In this document: positions 9,427 through 17,660 of the stretch, one piece after another | Position numbering within the stretch: the first letter of the stretch is position 1 | How the letters are laid out: every line of letters starts with the position of its first letter | Origin: Desulfobacterales bacterium | GTDB lineage: Bacteria; Desulfobacterota; Desulfobacteria; Desulfobacterales; UBA11574 | DNA length: 37,405 bases | Reading direction: 5' to 3' | Assembly: GCA_050117895.1 (NCBI GenBank) | Contig: JASFLX010000003.1 | Location: forward strand, 1-37,405 | Made by a program: the position numbers and the translations under genes | Notes under the pieces: generated by a model | What the model saw: only the letters and a program-made list of their open reading frames with translations | The model's database searches: none | What the model was told of the DNA's origin: nothing

Positions 9427-9711
9427 TTATTTTTTGGTTTCTTGATTCTTATCAAATGCGCTAAAAAAATTTTCCACCCTTTTAAAGTTTTCATCCACGC
9501 TCTTTTTAAAATCCTCACGCCCTTTTTTATAGGCTTTTACCCAATCATTGATCGCATTTCTTCCTTCTTCGGGCATCCATGTGGCCTGATTCAAGATAGT
9601 ACCGGCCATACTTTCGGCCTGCTCCTGAAGCAAAACCATGGCATTGAAAGTGTTGTCAAACGTTGTTTTCTGAAAATCGATCATTTGCTTTGCAATTTTT
9701 GATGAATCCAT
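9427..9711 (-). CDS. Small helical phasin-like protein A
   Basis: 94 aa, KQMIDFQKTTFDN...QATWMPEEG...YKKGREDFKK; AGGAGGG RBS; first gene downstream of a PhaR-type box. Confidence 0.65.
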   Translation of the reverse strand: MDSSKIAKQMIDFQKTTFDNTFNAMVLLQEQAESMAGTILNQATWMPEEGRNAINDWVKAYKKGREDFKKSVDENFKRVENFFSAFDKNQETKK

Positions 9712-9769
9712 GTTAATAATCCCTCCTGTTAATTTTTTTTATTTTATGGCTTGAGGCGTTCATGTCTGA

Positions 9770-9797
9770 ATAATAACCTTTAACTTTTATTTGTCAA
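9770..9797 (-). promoter_or_regulatory. Sigma70 promoter of the - strand PHA operon
   Basis: On the - strand TTGACA (9797-9792), 16 nt, TATTAT (9775-9770). Confidence 0.6.
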
Positions 9798-9807
9798 GAA
9801 AAAATGT

Positions 9808-9819
9808 TGCGATGCAGCA
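9808..9819. promoter_or_regulatory. Putative PhaR operator TGCGATGCAGCA
   Basis: TGC-N3-GCA core in A/T flanks, 10 bp upstream of the -35 and between the phasin-like genes and phaR. Confidence 0.65.
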
Positions 9820-9986
9820 ATTTTTTATCTGTTTTAAATCTATTCCGTTATAAACTAACAACCACCTTTAATTTATTATAAATATATTAGATCTAAAATA
9901 TGAAATTAGATCTAAAAAAAGATTTTTTATCGCAATAGAACATAAAATAAGTTTGTGAATTTTATTTTCAAAATAAGGAAAAACAG

Positions 9987-10460
9987 ATGTCCGATAAAGT
10001 AAAACTAAAAAAATATGCCAACAGACGATTGTACGACATGGAAAAAAGCGCATATGTTACACTCCATCAGGTGGCGGATCTCATCAGACAGGGCCGTCAG
10101 GTGGAAGTGATTGATGCAAAAAGCAAAGAGGACGTAACCGCCTCTATTCTCAGCCAAATCATTCTGGAGGAAGCAAAAAACAAAAACATTCTTTTGCCGG
10201 TGCCGGTTCTTCACCTGATTATTCAATACGGTGATAATGTACTGGGAGAATTTTTTGAGAAATACCTTCAGCAAATGATTCAGACATACCTTGCCCATAG
10301 ACATGCAGTTGACGACCAGTTTAAAAAATGGCTCGAAATGGGACAGGATTTTTCAAATATGGCCCAAGAAACTATGGCCGCTCTATCACCCTTCAAATCC
10401 TTTTTTGATCAATTTTCTTCTTTTTCAAATAAACAGGAGCAAAAAAAGGAAGAAGAATAA
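9987..10460 (+). CDS. phaR: PHA synthesis repressor PhaR
   Basis: KKYANRRLYD...YVTL..V..LIRQG...DAKSKEDVT..IL.QIILEE DNA-binding domain. Confidence 0.92.
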   Translation: MSDKVKLKKYANRRLYDMEKSAYVTLHQVADLIRQGRQVEVIDAKSKEDVTASILSQIILEEAKNKNILLPVPVLHLIIQYGDNVLGEFFEKYLQQMIQTYLAHRHAVDDQFKKWLEMGQDFSNMAQETMAALSPFKSFFDQFSSFSNKQEQKKEEE

Positions 10461-10537
10461 ATAAACGGAAAGAAAATTCTAACTCATAGTAATCAGGGAA
10501 AATATGTGTTCGGACATAAACTTTTCTATCGCTGAAT

Positions 10538-10690
10538 TAGTTAGTGTTCATCCATAAATGAGGATTTTTGTTCAAGATCAAGGCATGCGAAAAAAATAAC
10601 CGCAGACATATAGTTGATATTTCGAGGATTATTTTTTGAGCATAACGCAGAAATTGGGCAAAAAGACCATTTATGGATGAACACTAGTTA
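10538..10690. mobile_element. Hairpin element copy 2; body 10544-10684, flanked by 6-bp direct repeat TAGTTA
   Basis: 141 bp with 11 substitutions versus copy 1; TIR GTGTTCATCCATAAATG/CATTTATGGATGAACAC; TAGTTA at 10538-10543 and 10685-10690. Confidence 0.85.
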
Positions 10691-11524
10691 TATTTCGGGA
10701 ACCATTTGACGCAATTCTTCATAAGAGAAAACCGGGCCATCAACACACACGTACTTCGTACCGATATTGCATCGTCCACAGATGCCTATTCCGCATTTCA
10801 TGCGTTTTTCTAACGTAGTAATGATCTGATGATCTTCAAAATCCAACCGTTTGAGTCCTATGAGAACAAACTTGATCATAATGGGCGGTCCACAGGTAAC
10901 AGCTTTGCAATTATAAGAACTTGGCGCTTCTTCGGTCAGGACGGTAGGGACAAAACCAACCCGCTCCTTCCAACCCGGAAACTCACGGTCCACGGTGAGT
11001 ACCAGTCTTACGCCACCGGATCGCCATTCATCAAATTCATAGGTGTAGCAAAGATCTTCCGGCGAACGGGCACCGTAAATCAACATGATATCACCGTAAT
11101 CCTCACGGTTATCAAGCATGTAAAGAAGCAGTGTGCGCAACGGGGCCATGCCGATGCCGCCGGCGATAAAGAGAATATCATGTGCTTTTAACTTATCAAC
11201 GGGAAAACCGTTGCCCAGAGGGGCGCGCACCCCGATCTGATCTCCGATATTCAGCTGGTGTAGCCGCTGGGTCACCTCACCGGTGCGCATCACACTGAAT
11301 TGCAAATAATCTTTTCGAGTTGGCGGCGAATTTATTACAAAGGTGGATTCTCCCACTCCAAAAACGGAAAGTTGCCCGACCTGCCCGGGTTGAAATGAAA
11401 ATTCTCGCATCTTTTGTTCGTCGTTCAAAACCACGCGAAAGGTCAGGATATTTGAAGTCTCCTGAATAATATCCTGAATGGTCGCCAATTCCGGTAGAAA
11501 GGGATTAGAATCAATTTTCGGCAT
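10688..11524 (-). CDS. flxA: FAD/NAD-binding [2Fe-2S] subunit FlxA
   Basis: RAPLGNGF, AGGIGMAP, CGPPIM, MKCGIGICGRC...VCVDGPVF; last gene of the hdr-flx cluster. Confidence 0.9.
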   Translation of the reverse strand: MPKIDSNPFLPELATIQDIIQETSNILTFRVVLNDEQKMREFSFQPGQVGQLSVFGVGESTFVINSPPTRKDYLQFSVMRTGEVTQRLHQLNIGDQIGVRAPLGNGFPVDKLKAHDILFIAGGIGMAPLRTLLLYMLDNREDYGDIMLIYGARSPEDLCYTYEFDEWRSGGVRLVLTVDREFPGWKERVGFVPTVLTEEAPSSYNCKAVTCGPPIMIKFVLIGLKRLDFEDHQIITTLEKRMKCGIGICGRCNIGTKYVCVDGPVFSYEELRQMVPEI

Positions 11525-12575
11525 CCACTGCCTCCTTCAAATGATGTACAATCTTGCGTATGTCTATGAATACGGGGCAACTTCGGATACATCGTCCACA
11601 CCCGCAACAGGATATCATGCCGTTATACGTATCAGGAAAATAGGAAAATTTATGGCCCACCCGGTTCCGATAACGTTCAAATTTTTCGGGCCGCGGATTA
11701 TGGCCGCTGGCTTCCAAGGTGTAATGATAGAACATACAGGAATCCCAGGAGCGTATCCGCTCGCCCTCAAGATCCCTGGATTCATCCGTAATATTGAAAC
11801 AATAACAGGTCGGACAAACAAATGTGCAAATTCCGCAACTAATACACCTGGAGACCATATCGCGCCAATAATCCATATCTTCAAAACGACCCGTGAAATC
11901 TTTTGCACTCCGGGTTAAATCATATTCTCCAATACGTTTGGCTGTTACTTGTTCTTGAATTCGCTGAGCTTTTTCTATCTGTTCGGGCGTGGCTGGTTTT
12001 CCCATTATGGGAATCAGCTTCCGGCCCTTGTCATTAAGTGCTTCGATCACATAGCCGTCGTCCACCGGAACCATCCAAAGATCACTGCCCTCCCTATCTC
12101 CGGGACCGCTGTCCACGGATGAGCAGAAACAGGCACTGTCTTCCGTGTCGCACAGCAGGGTTGCAAACAGGGTTTTTTCCCGGCATTGTGCATAATATGG
12201 ATCTTTATATCTGCCGTTAAGAAAGACGTGGTCAAAGGTAAAAAAACCGCGCACATCACAAGGGCGTGCCCCAAAAACAAGAGCAGAGGATACCTCCTGG
12301 CGGTCTTTTAGATCAATGCGCTGTTTGGAAGGATCTTGGCTATCCTTTTGATACCGGAAACGCAATAAGGTTTCTACTTGTGGAAACAACACGTTTTTCG
12401 GACCTATAGTGCTTTGCCGGTCTAATACAACGACGTTATCCCTGTAATACGGTAAAAACCGAACGCCCCATTTTTCATCTCCCATCTCAACCGGAACCCA
12501 GACATCCATTTCTTTGGAAAGACGCTCCAGCATGGCAGCCAGCTCACCTTGAGCAATAAAGATTTTTTCGTACAT
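11511..12575 (-). CDS. flxB: 4Fe-4S dicluster subunit FlxB (AsrA/HydB-like)
   Basis: GARPCD, CISCGICTFVCPTCYCF, RSWDSC, CCGCGRCIRSCP. Confidence 0.85.
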   Translation of the reverse strand: MYEKIFIAQGELAAMLERLSKEMDVWVPVEMGDEKWGVRFLPYYRDNVVVLDRQSTIGPKNVLFPQVETLLRFRYQKDSQDPSKQRIDLKDRQEVSSALVFGARPCDVRGFFTFDHVFLNGRYKDPYYAQCREKTLFATLLCDTEDSACFCSSVDSGPGDREGSDLWMVPVDDGYVIEALNDKGRKLIPIMGKPATPEQIEKAQRIQEQVTAKRIGEYDLTRSAKDFTGRFEDMDYWRDMVSRCISCGICTFVCPTCYCFNITDESRDLEGERIRSWDSCMFYHYTLEASGHNPRPEKFERYRNRVGHKFSYFPDTYNGMISCCGCGRCIRSCPVFIDIRKIVHHLKEAVDAEN

Positions 12576-12599
12576 GAATTGTTTTCTCTCAGCTTATCA

Positions 12600-13568
12600 T
12601 CATATTCCCTTCTCACTGGGATCAAAGGTCAGCAAGGGCGGTTGTTTTTGAGGGTCGATCCCGGCTTCGTAGTCCAGAAGCTCCTTAACGATTTGATTCA
12701 GTTTCTTTTTAATCAATGTTACCGGTATCTCCACCGGGCAGACGCGTTCGCATTCGCCACATTCAGTACAGCGTCCGGCAAGATGCATAGCGTGGATCAT
12801 ATGATAAAAGAATTTTTCCTTAAGATCACAACGTTGGGCAAGCCACTTGGGAGTTCGGGTCTCCACAATACAACTGTCCCGGCACACACACAGCGGACAC
12901 GCATTGCGACAGGCATAGCAGCGAATACATCGGTCAATTTCTTTTTCCCAAAATTTCAGACGATCCGGTAGCGAATACTGTTCTATCTTTTCAACATCCC
13001 CATAGGCTTGGTCATCTCCGGCATGGGGCGTTATGGGTTCACCGACAAGCAAATCATAAATGATCGGATTGGGATACCGACAATGCAGGCATCTTTGTTC
13101 CATTACGTGCTGCAGTGGAAAACGATATGTCTTTTGTGCGGTTTCAACCACTAGCTCTTGGCCTTGGATGGTTACCTTTTGAACATCCTTTAAAGATGGC
13201 TCAAAACGCATGAGCCGATGCCAATTCACCGTGCCTTCACAAGGTATGCCCACTATATAAAGGGTTTCCCGGGTGACAAATTTTTCCTGAATTAAAGCGA
13301 CCAGAGAACGACTGTCGCATCCTTTGACACAAATGCCGATTTTTTTGCCGTCTTCCCGGACCGAGGCATTCAGAGTTTTTACTAAATAATTACAAAGATT
13401 CTGGGAACACAGAGGATTCCAAACCAGTTTGTTAAGATCTTCTACCTGACGGATGAAAGACGGCGAAGCATGTAAAGAATCGTAGCCGGGTTCCCAACCG
13501 AGCACGACCTCAAGTTTTTCGAAAACTTTTAAAAACTCTCTTTGTAATGTTTTGGCCTTGTCTTCCAT
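12600..13568 (-). CDS. flxC: 4Fe-4S subunit FlxC (FrhB/FdhB-like)
   Basis: KGCDSRS, CIRCYACRNACPLCVC, HLAGRCTECGECERVCP; start could also be GTG 13574. Confidence 0.85.
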   Translation of the reverse strand: MEDKAKTLQREFLKVFEKLEVVLGWEPGYDSLHASPSFIRQVEDLNKLVWNPLCSQNLCNYLVKTLNASVREDGKKIGICVKGCDSRSLVALIQEKFVTRETLYIVGIPCEGTVNWHRLMRFEPSLKDVQKVTIQGQELVVETAQKTYRFPLQHVMEQRCLHCRYPNPIIYDLLVGEPITPHAGDDQAYGDVEKIEQYSLPDRLKFWEKEIDRCIRCYACRNACPLCVCRDSCIVETRTPKWLAQRCDLKEKFFYHMIHAMHLAGRCTECGECERVCPVEIPVTLIKKKLNQIVKELLDYEAGIDPQKQPPLLTFDPSEKGI

Positions 13569-13674
13569 AAGCACTTTTATTGTTTTAGCAGCGTATCAAT
13601 AAATTATGGATTCGGGTCAATATAATTATTTCATTCACCGGAACTTATTGGCAATTTACTTTTTTTATTAATTC

Positions 13675-14148
13675 CTAATCAAAAAATGACATCATCGCTT
13701 TAGCGTTACTTTCTCCATGAACGCCGGGGTTCGGTCCCAAACCATGAATTGTTTCGGAAAACTCTGTAACCACCTGTTGCCAGAGCTGTCCTTCAGAAGA
13801 CGATACCCAGGTATAACGGAATCGATCCGTGTGAATTCCCATAAACGGCAAAAATTGCTTAAGGACCTCCAGGCGCCGCCTGGCATAAAAATTACCCTCG
13901 TTATAATGGCAATCTTTAGGATGGCAGCCGGATACCAGCACGCCATCAGCGCCATAGATAAGGGCTTTGACAACAAACAGAGGATCCATACGCCCGGTAC
14001 ATGGTATACGGATGATACGTAAATCTGTGGGCTGGTGAAACCGGCACACACCGGCGGTATCTGCACCGCCATAGGAGCACCAGTTGCATAAAAATCCCAC
14101 AATTAATAAATCTTTTTTTGTTGTGGATTCCTCTTTGGAATTAACCAT
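13675..14148 (-). CDS. flxD: MvhD-family [2Fe-2S] subunit FlxD
   Basis: FLCNWCSYGGAD, RIPCTGR, GCHPKDCHY; ATG 14148 overlaps the hdrA end. Confidence 0.9.
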   Translation of the reverse strand: MVNSKEESTTKKDLLIVGFLCNWCSYGGADTAGVCRFHQPTDLRIIRIPCTGRMDPLFVVKALIYGADGVLVSGCHPKDCHYNEGNFYARRRLEVLKQFLPFMGIHTDRFRYTWVSSSEGQLWQQVVTEFSETIHGLGPNPGVHGESNAKAMMSFFD

Positions 14149-16114
14149 GCCTTTCTCCGGCACACAGCACGTCGATTTCGGCAAGGATCTGATCATCCGT
14201 GCAATGTTGCAGTTGTATGGCCTTGGGCGGACAGGTTGCGTTGCACAACCCGCATCCCTGACACACCGTATCCAAAACTTCCGCCTTTTGTGACCCGTCC
14301 CTTAAGGTCTTCCACTGAATCGAGCCGAACGGACAGACATCAATACATTTCCCGCAACCGATACACATACGTTCATTGACGCTGGCGATTTGTGGATCTG
14401 TTTCAATGGTATCCCGGGAGAAAAGCGCCTGGGTTTTTGCCGCTGCAGCACTGCCTTGGGCCACTGAAGCCGGAATGTCTTTAGGGCCCTGGCAGACGCC
14501 TGCAAGGAAAACGCCCGCGGTATTTGTTTCCACGGGGCGTAGTTTGGGATGACTTTCCATATAAAATCCGTACTCGTCATAAGAAATGCGCAGTTTTTCG
14601 GCCAAATCTTTTGCTCCGGCAGATGCGGCCACACCGGTTGCCAGAACCACCAGATCGGCGTCAACTTCTACCTGGGTACCGAGCAGAGTATCCATTCCCT
14701 GAACAACGAGGCGTTCTCCCTCGGGATATATCTTACCGACTCGACCCCGGATATACTGAACACCATAATCTTCCTGAGCGCGTCGTACAAACTCCTCGTA
14801 ATTTTTCCCCGGCGCACGGATATCTATATAAAATACATAGCAATTACAATCCTGGATATGGTCTCGTGCCAAAATAGCCTGTTTGGCGATGTACATACAG
14901 CATATTCCCGAACAATATGGACGTCCGATGGAGGGGTCACGGGACCCCACACAGGCAATAAAAACAATATTTTTGGGTTCTTTGCCATCAGACGGACGAA
15001 GAATATGTCCGCCGTAAGGGCCTGAAGCATTCACCAGTCGTTCAAATTGCATCCCCGTGATGACATCCGGATACTGTCCGGCCCCGTATTCGCCATAAAC
15101 CGAATGGTCCACCAGATCAAAGCCCGTGGCAACGATGATGGCACCGACTTCTTCCACAACGGTTTCATGTTTCATATCAAATCGGATAGCGTCCACCGGA
15201 CAGATCTTTTGACATATCCTGCATTTCTCTTTTATCATATACCAGCAATATTTTGGATCAATTCTCGCCCTCTTGGGAATTGCCTGGGGAAAGGGGATAT
15301 TGATGGCTGTTGTAGTATCCAATCCTTCATTGAACCCATCAAAAGATTTTTTTGCCGGACACTTTTCCATGCACAGCCCGCAACCGGTACAGGCATCCCA
15401 ATCCACATAGGTCGCTTTCTTCCGGATACCCACTTTGAAATTACCCATATAACCCGATACGGACTCGATTTCACTATAGGCATAAAGCCGGATATTTTCA
15501 TTTTGAGCAACGTCCACCATTTTCGGCCCCAGGATACATGAAGAACAGTCAATGGTGGGAAACGTCTTGTCAAGTTTGGCCATCTTGCCGCCGATGGTCG
15601 ATTCCCGTTCCACCATGACAACGTCCAATCCCCCTTCAGCACAATCCAGGGCGGCCTGGATACCGGATATACCGCCGCCAATGACCAGCACCCGTTTATT
15701 AATGGGAACCTGTGAAGAAAAGAGCGGCTCATTAAAACGCAGCTTTTCCACCGACATTCGGACCAAATCGATGGCTTTTCGCGTATTGGCTTCTGTGTCC
15801 TTGCTGATCCAGGAACAGTGCTCTCTGATATTGGCCTGTTCGAACATATACCGGTTCAGACCCGCTTTTTCCACGGCGCGACGAAACGTTACTTCATGCA
15901 TACGAGGAGAACACGCCGCCACCACGACTCCCTGGAGATCGTATTCTTCGATGGCCTGCTGAATTTCCTGCTGACCCGGTTCCGAACAGGTATACATATA
16001 ATCTGTGGCGTAAACCACATCCGGATATTCCAGGGCTTTACGTGCAACCGCTTCCGTATCTACGGTAGCGGCAATATTTGTTCCACATTTACAGATAAAA
16101 ACGCCGATCCGCAT
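14141..16114 (-). CDS. hdrA: Heterodisulfide reductase-like FAD/Fe-S subunit HdrA
   Basis: RIGVFICKCG, ACSPRMHE, NIREHC, GGGISG, DKTFPTIDCSSCIL, CVGSRD, GPKDIP and ferredoxin motifs. Confidence 0.96.
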   Translation of the reverse strand: MRIGVFICKCGTNIAATVDTEAVARKALEYPDVVYATDYMYTCSEPGQQEIQQAIEEYDLQGVVVAACSPRMHEVTFRRAVEKAGLNRYMFEQANIREHCSWISKDTEANTRKAIDLVRMSVEKLRFNEPLFSSQVPINKRVLVIGGGISGIQAALDCAEGGLDVVMVERESTIGGKMAKLDKTFPTIDCSSCILGPKMVDVAQNENIRLYAYSEIESVSGYMGNFKVGIRKKATYVDWDACTGCGLCMEKCPAKKSFDGFNEGLDTTTAINIPFPQAIPKRARIDPKYCWYMIKEKCRICQKICPVDAIRFDMKHETVVEEVGAIIVATGFDLVDHSVYGEYGAGQYPDVITGMQFERLVNASGPYGGHILRPSDGKEPKNIVFIACVGSRDPSIGRPYCSGICCMYIAKQAILARDHIQDCNCYVFYIDIRAPGKNYEEFVRRAQEDYGVQYIRGRVGKIYPEGERLVVQGMDTLLGTQVEVDADLVVLATGVAASAGAKDLAEKLRISYDEYGFYMESHPKLRPVETNTAGVFLAGVCQGPKDIPASVAQGSAAAAKTQALFSRDTIETDPQIASVNERMCIGCGKCIDVCPFGSIQWKTLRDGSQKAEVLDTVCQGCGLCNATCPPKAIQLQHCTDDQILAEIDVLCAGERHG

Positions 16115-16125
16115 ATGTTCCTACC

Positions 16126-17034
16126 TTAAGCGCTTTTCAATTGGGTCTGGTTCTCGAGTGGTTCGGATTTTTCCTTGAAGAGATCATCAGCACTTACAAA
16201 CAGTTTGTCAAGGCCGAGCTTTTTAGGATCGATTCCCAGAGTAAAACCAAGGAGCTGCGTAATATACACCACCGGCATTTGGAACGTCGTATGCCAGTAT
16301 CGATTGACCTGAGACTGGCGCAAATCCAAATTCTGCTGGCATAAGGGACAGGCGACTGCTACGGCAGCGGCACCCAAACGCCGGGCCATATCCAGAATTC
16401 TTCCTGTCATTTTACCCACAATATGATTTTGGGTAACCCCATAGGCAGCACCGCAACATTCCGTTTTATAGGGAAATTCGGGAACAGATGCGCCCATTGC
16501 CTGAAGCAATTTGTCCATGGAGATCGGATTCTCCGGGTCATCAAATCGGGCAAATTCCGGCGGACGCGAAAGCAGACAGCCATAATAGGGTATAATCACC
16601 TTATTGGTAAGCCGATACCGTATCTTTTCACGGATTGTTTTTGGGCCAATATCCTCGTATAGCATTTGTAGCACGGAAATCGCTCGAATCTGTCCTGAAA
16701 AAGGCATCTGTAATATGTCCAGAAAGGATTGTTGTTTTTCTTCATACTTTCTGATGGCCTCTTTGAGAGCCTTTAGACAGCTCGGACATGGGGTCATGAC
16801 AATATCAAGGCCCATTTCTTCGGCCAATGCCAGGTTCCGTCCCGCCAGAGCCGCTCCGAGCAAAGGATCATATGAGTGTGCCGGTGTTGAACCGCAGCAG
16901 TTCCAATCAGGAATTTCTTCAAGTTCAATGCCCAAAGCCGTGCACAGCGCACGGGTCGATTGATCAAACTCCACAGCGGTTCCCGTTACGGAACATCCCG
17001 GATAATAGGCGATGCGTTTGGCCGTCTGACTCAT
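16126..17034 (-). CDS. hdrB: Heterodisulfide reductase-like subunit HdrB
   Basis: YYPGC, WNCCG, YYGCLL, ECCG, ACPLCQQNLD (two CCG domains). Confidence 0.95.
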   Translation of the reverse strand: MSQTAKRIAYYPGCSVTGTAVEFDQSTRALCTALGIELEEIPDWNCCGSTPAHSYDPLLGAALAGRNLALAEEMGLDIVMTPCPSCLKALKEAIRKYEEKQQSFLDILQMPFSGQIRAISVLQMLYEDIGPKTIREKIRYRLTNKVIIPYYGCLLSRPPEFARFDDPENPISMDKLLQAMGASVPEFPYKTECCGAAYGVTQNHIVGKMTGRILDMARRLGAAAVAVACPLCQQNLDLRQSQVNRYWHTTFQMPVVYITQLLGFTLGIDPKKLGLDKLFVSADDLFKEKSEPLENQTQLKSA

Positions 17035-17046
17035 AATGTCCTTTGG

Positions 17047-17628
17047 CTAATCGATATTCTTTTTATTACGATAATCTTCAAAACGTTTAAAAATATCGGA
17101 AACTTGTTTCCGCCCGCGAATTCGGTGCGGTATGATGGGAAGCTTGCCTTTCTTGAGCACCTTTGGCGCAAGATCGATGTCCGTAAAAGGCTTTTTGGCT
17201 TTGAGGTTATATTTCGCCAGCAATCCGGTTTCGAACACACGTCCAAAAATTTTTACTGAATTGATGAATTCGTCATAAAAGAGCTGGATATTTTTTATGG
17301 AGACCGTGTCTTCTTCGACCGAAAGAAATCGCAAGGTTTCCATAACGCGGGCAATATCGATATTGCAAGGGCATCGTGTTGTACAGGCCTGGCAGTCGGC
17401 ACACAACCAGATAGAGCGAGACCGCAACACAGCCTCCTTCTGACCCAGCTGGATCAAGCGCATGATCTGATTAACAGGATAATCATAAACATAAGTATAA
17501 GCGCAACTTGCACTGCAATTGCCACACTGATAGCATTTGGAAATCTGCTGCCTGCTTTCTGTTTCCACTTGATGGATAAAATTGTCATCACAGTCCCGTG
17601 GCATCCGGAGACCATTTACAAGTGTCAT
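17047..17628 (-). CDS. hdrC: Heterodisulfide reductase-like subunit HdrC
   Basis: CYQCGNCSASC, IWLCADCQACTTRCP. Confidence 0.93.
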   Translation of the reverse strand: MTLVNGLRMPRDCDDNFIHQVETESRQQISKCYQCGNCSASCAYTYVYDYPVNQIMRLIQLGQKEAVLRSRSIWLCADCQACTTRCPCNIDIARVMETLRFLSVEEDTVSIKNIQLFYDEFINSVKIFGRVFETGLLAKYNLKAKKPFTDIDLAPKVLKKGKLPIIPHRIRGRKQVSDIFKRFEDYRNKKNID

Positions 17629-17660
17629 TGGGTATTATCCCTTTTGATACATAAGATCGA

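Noticed and set aside
13675-16114. Selenocysteine recoding in HdrA or FlxD/MvhD
   Set aside because: Both frames are uninterrupted and have Cys at the usual Sec positions (DCSSCIL, CNWCSY, GCHPKDC)
10829-17259. Numerous 60-165 aa alternative-frame ORFs
   Set aside because: All are nested in or antisense to well-supported hdr/flx genes
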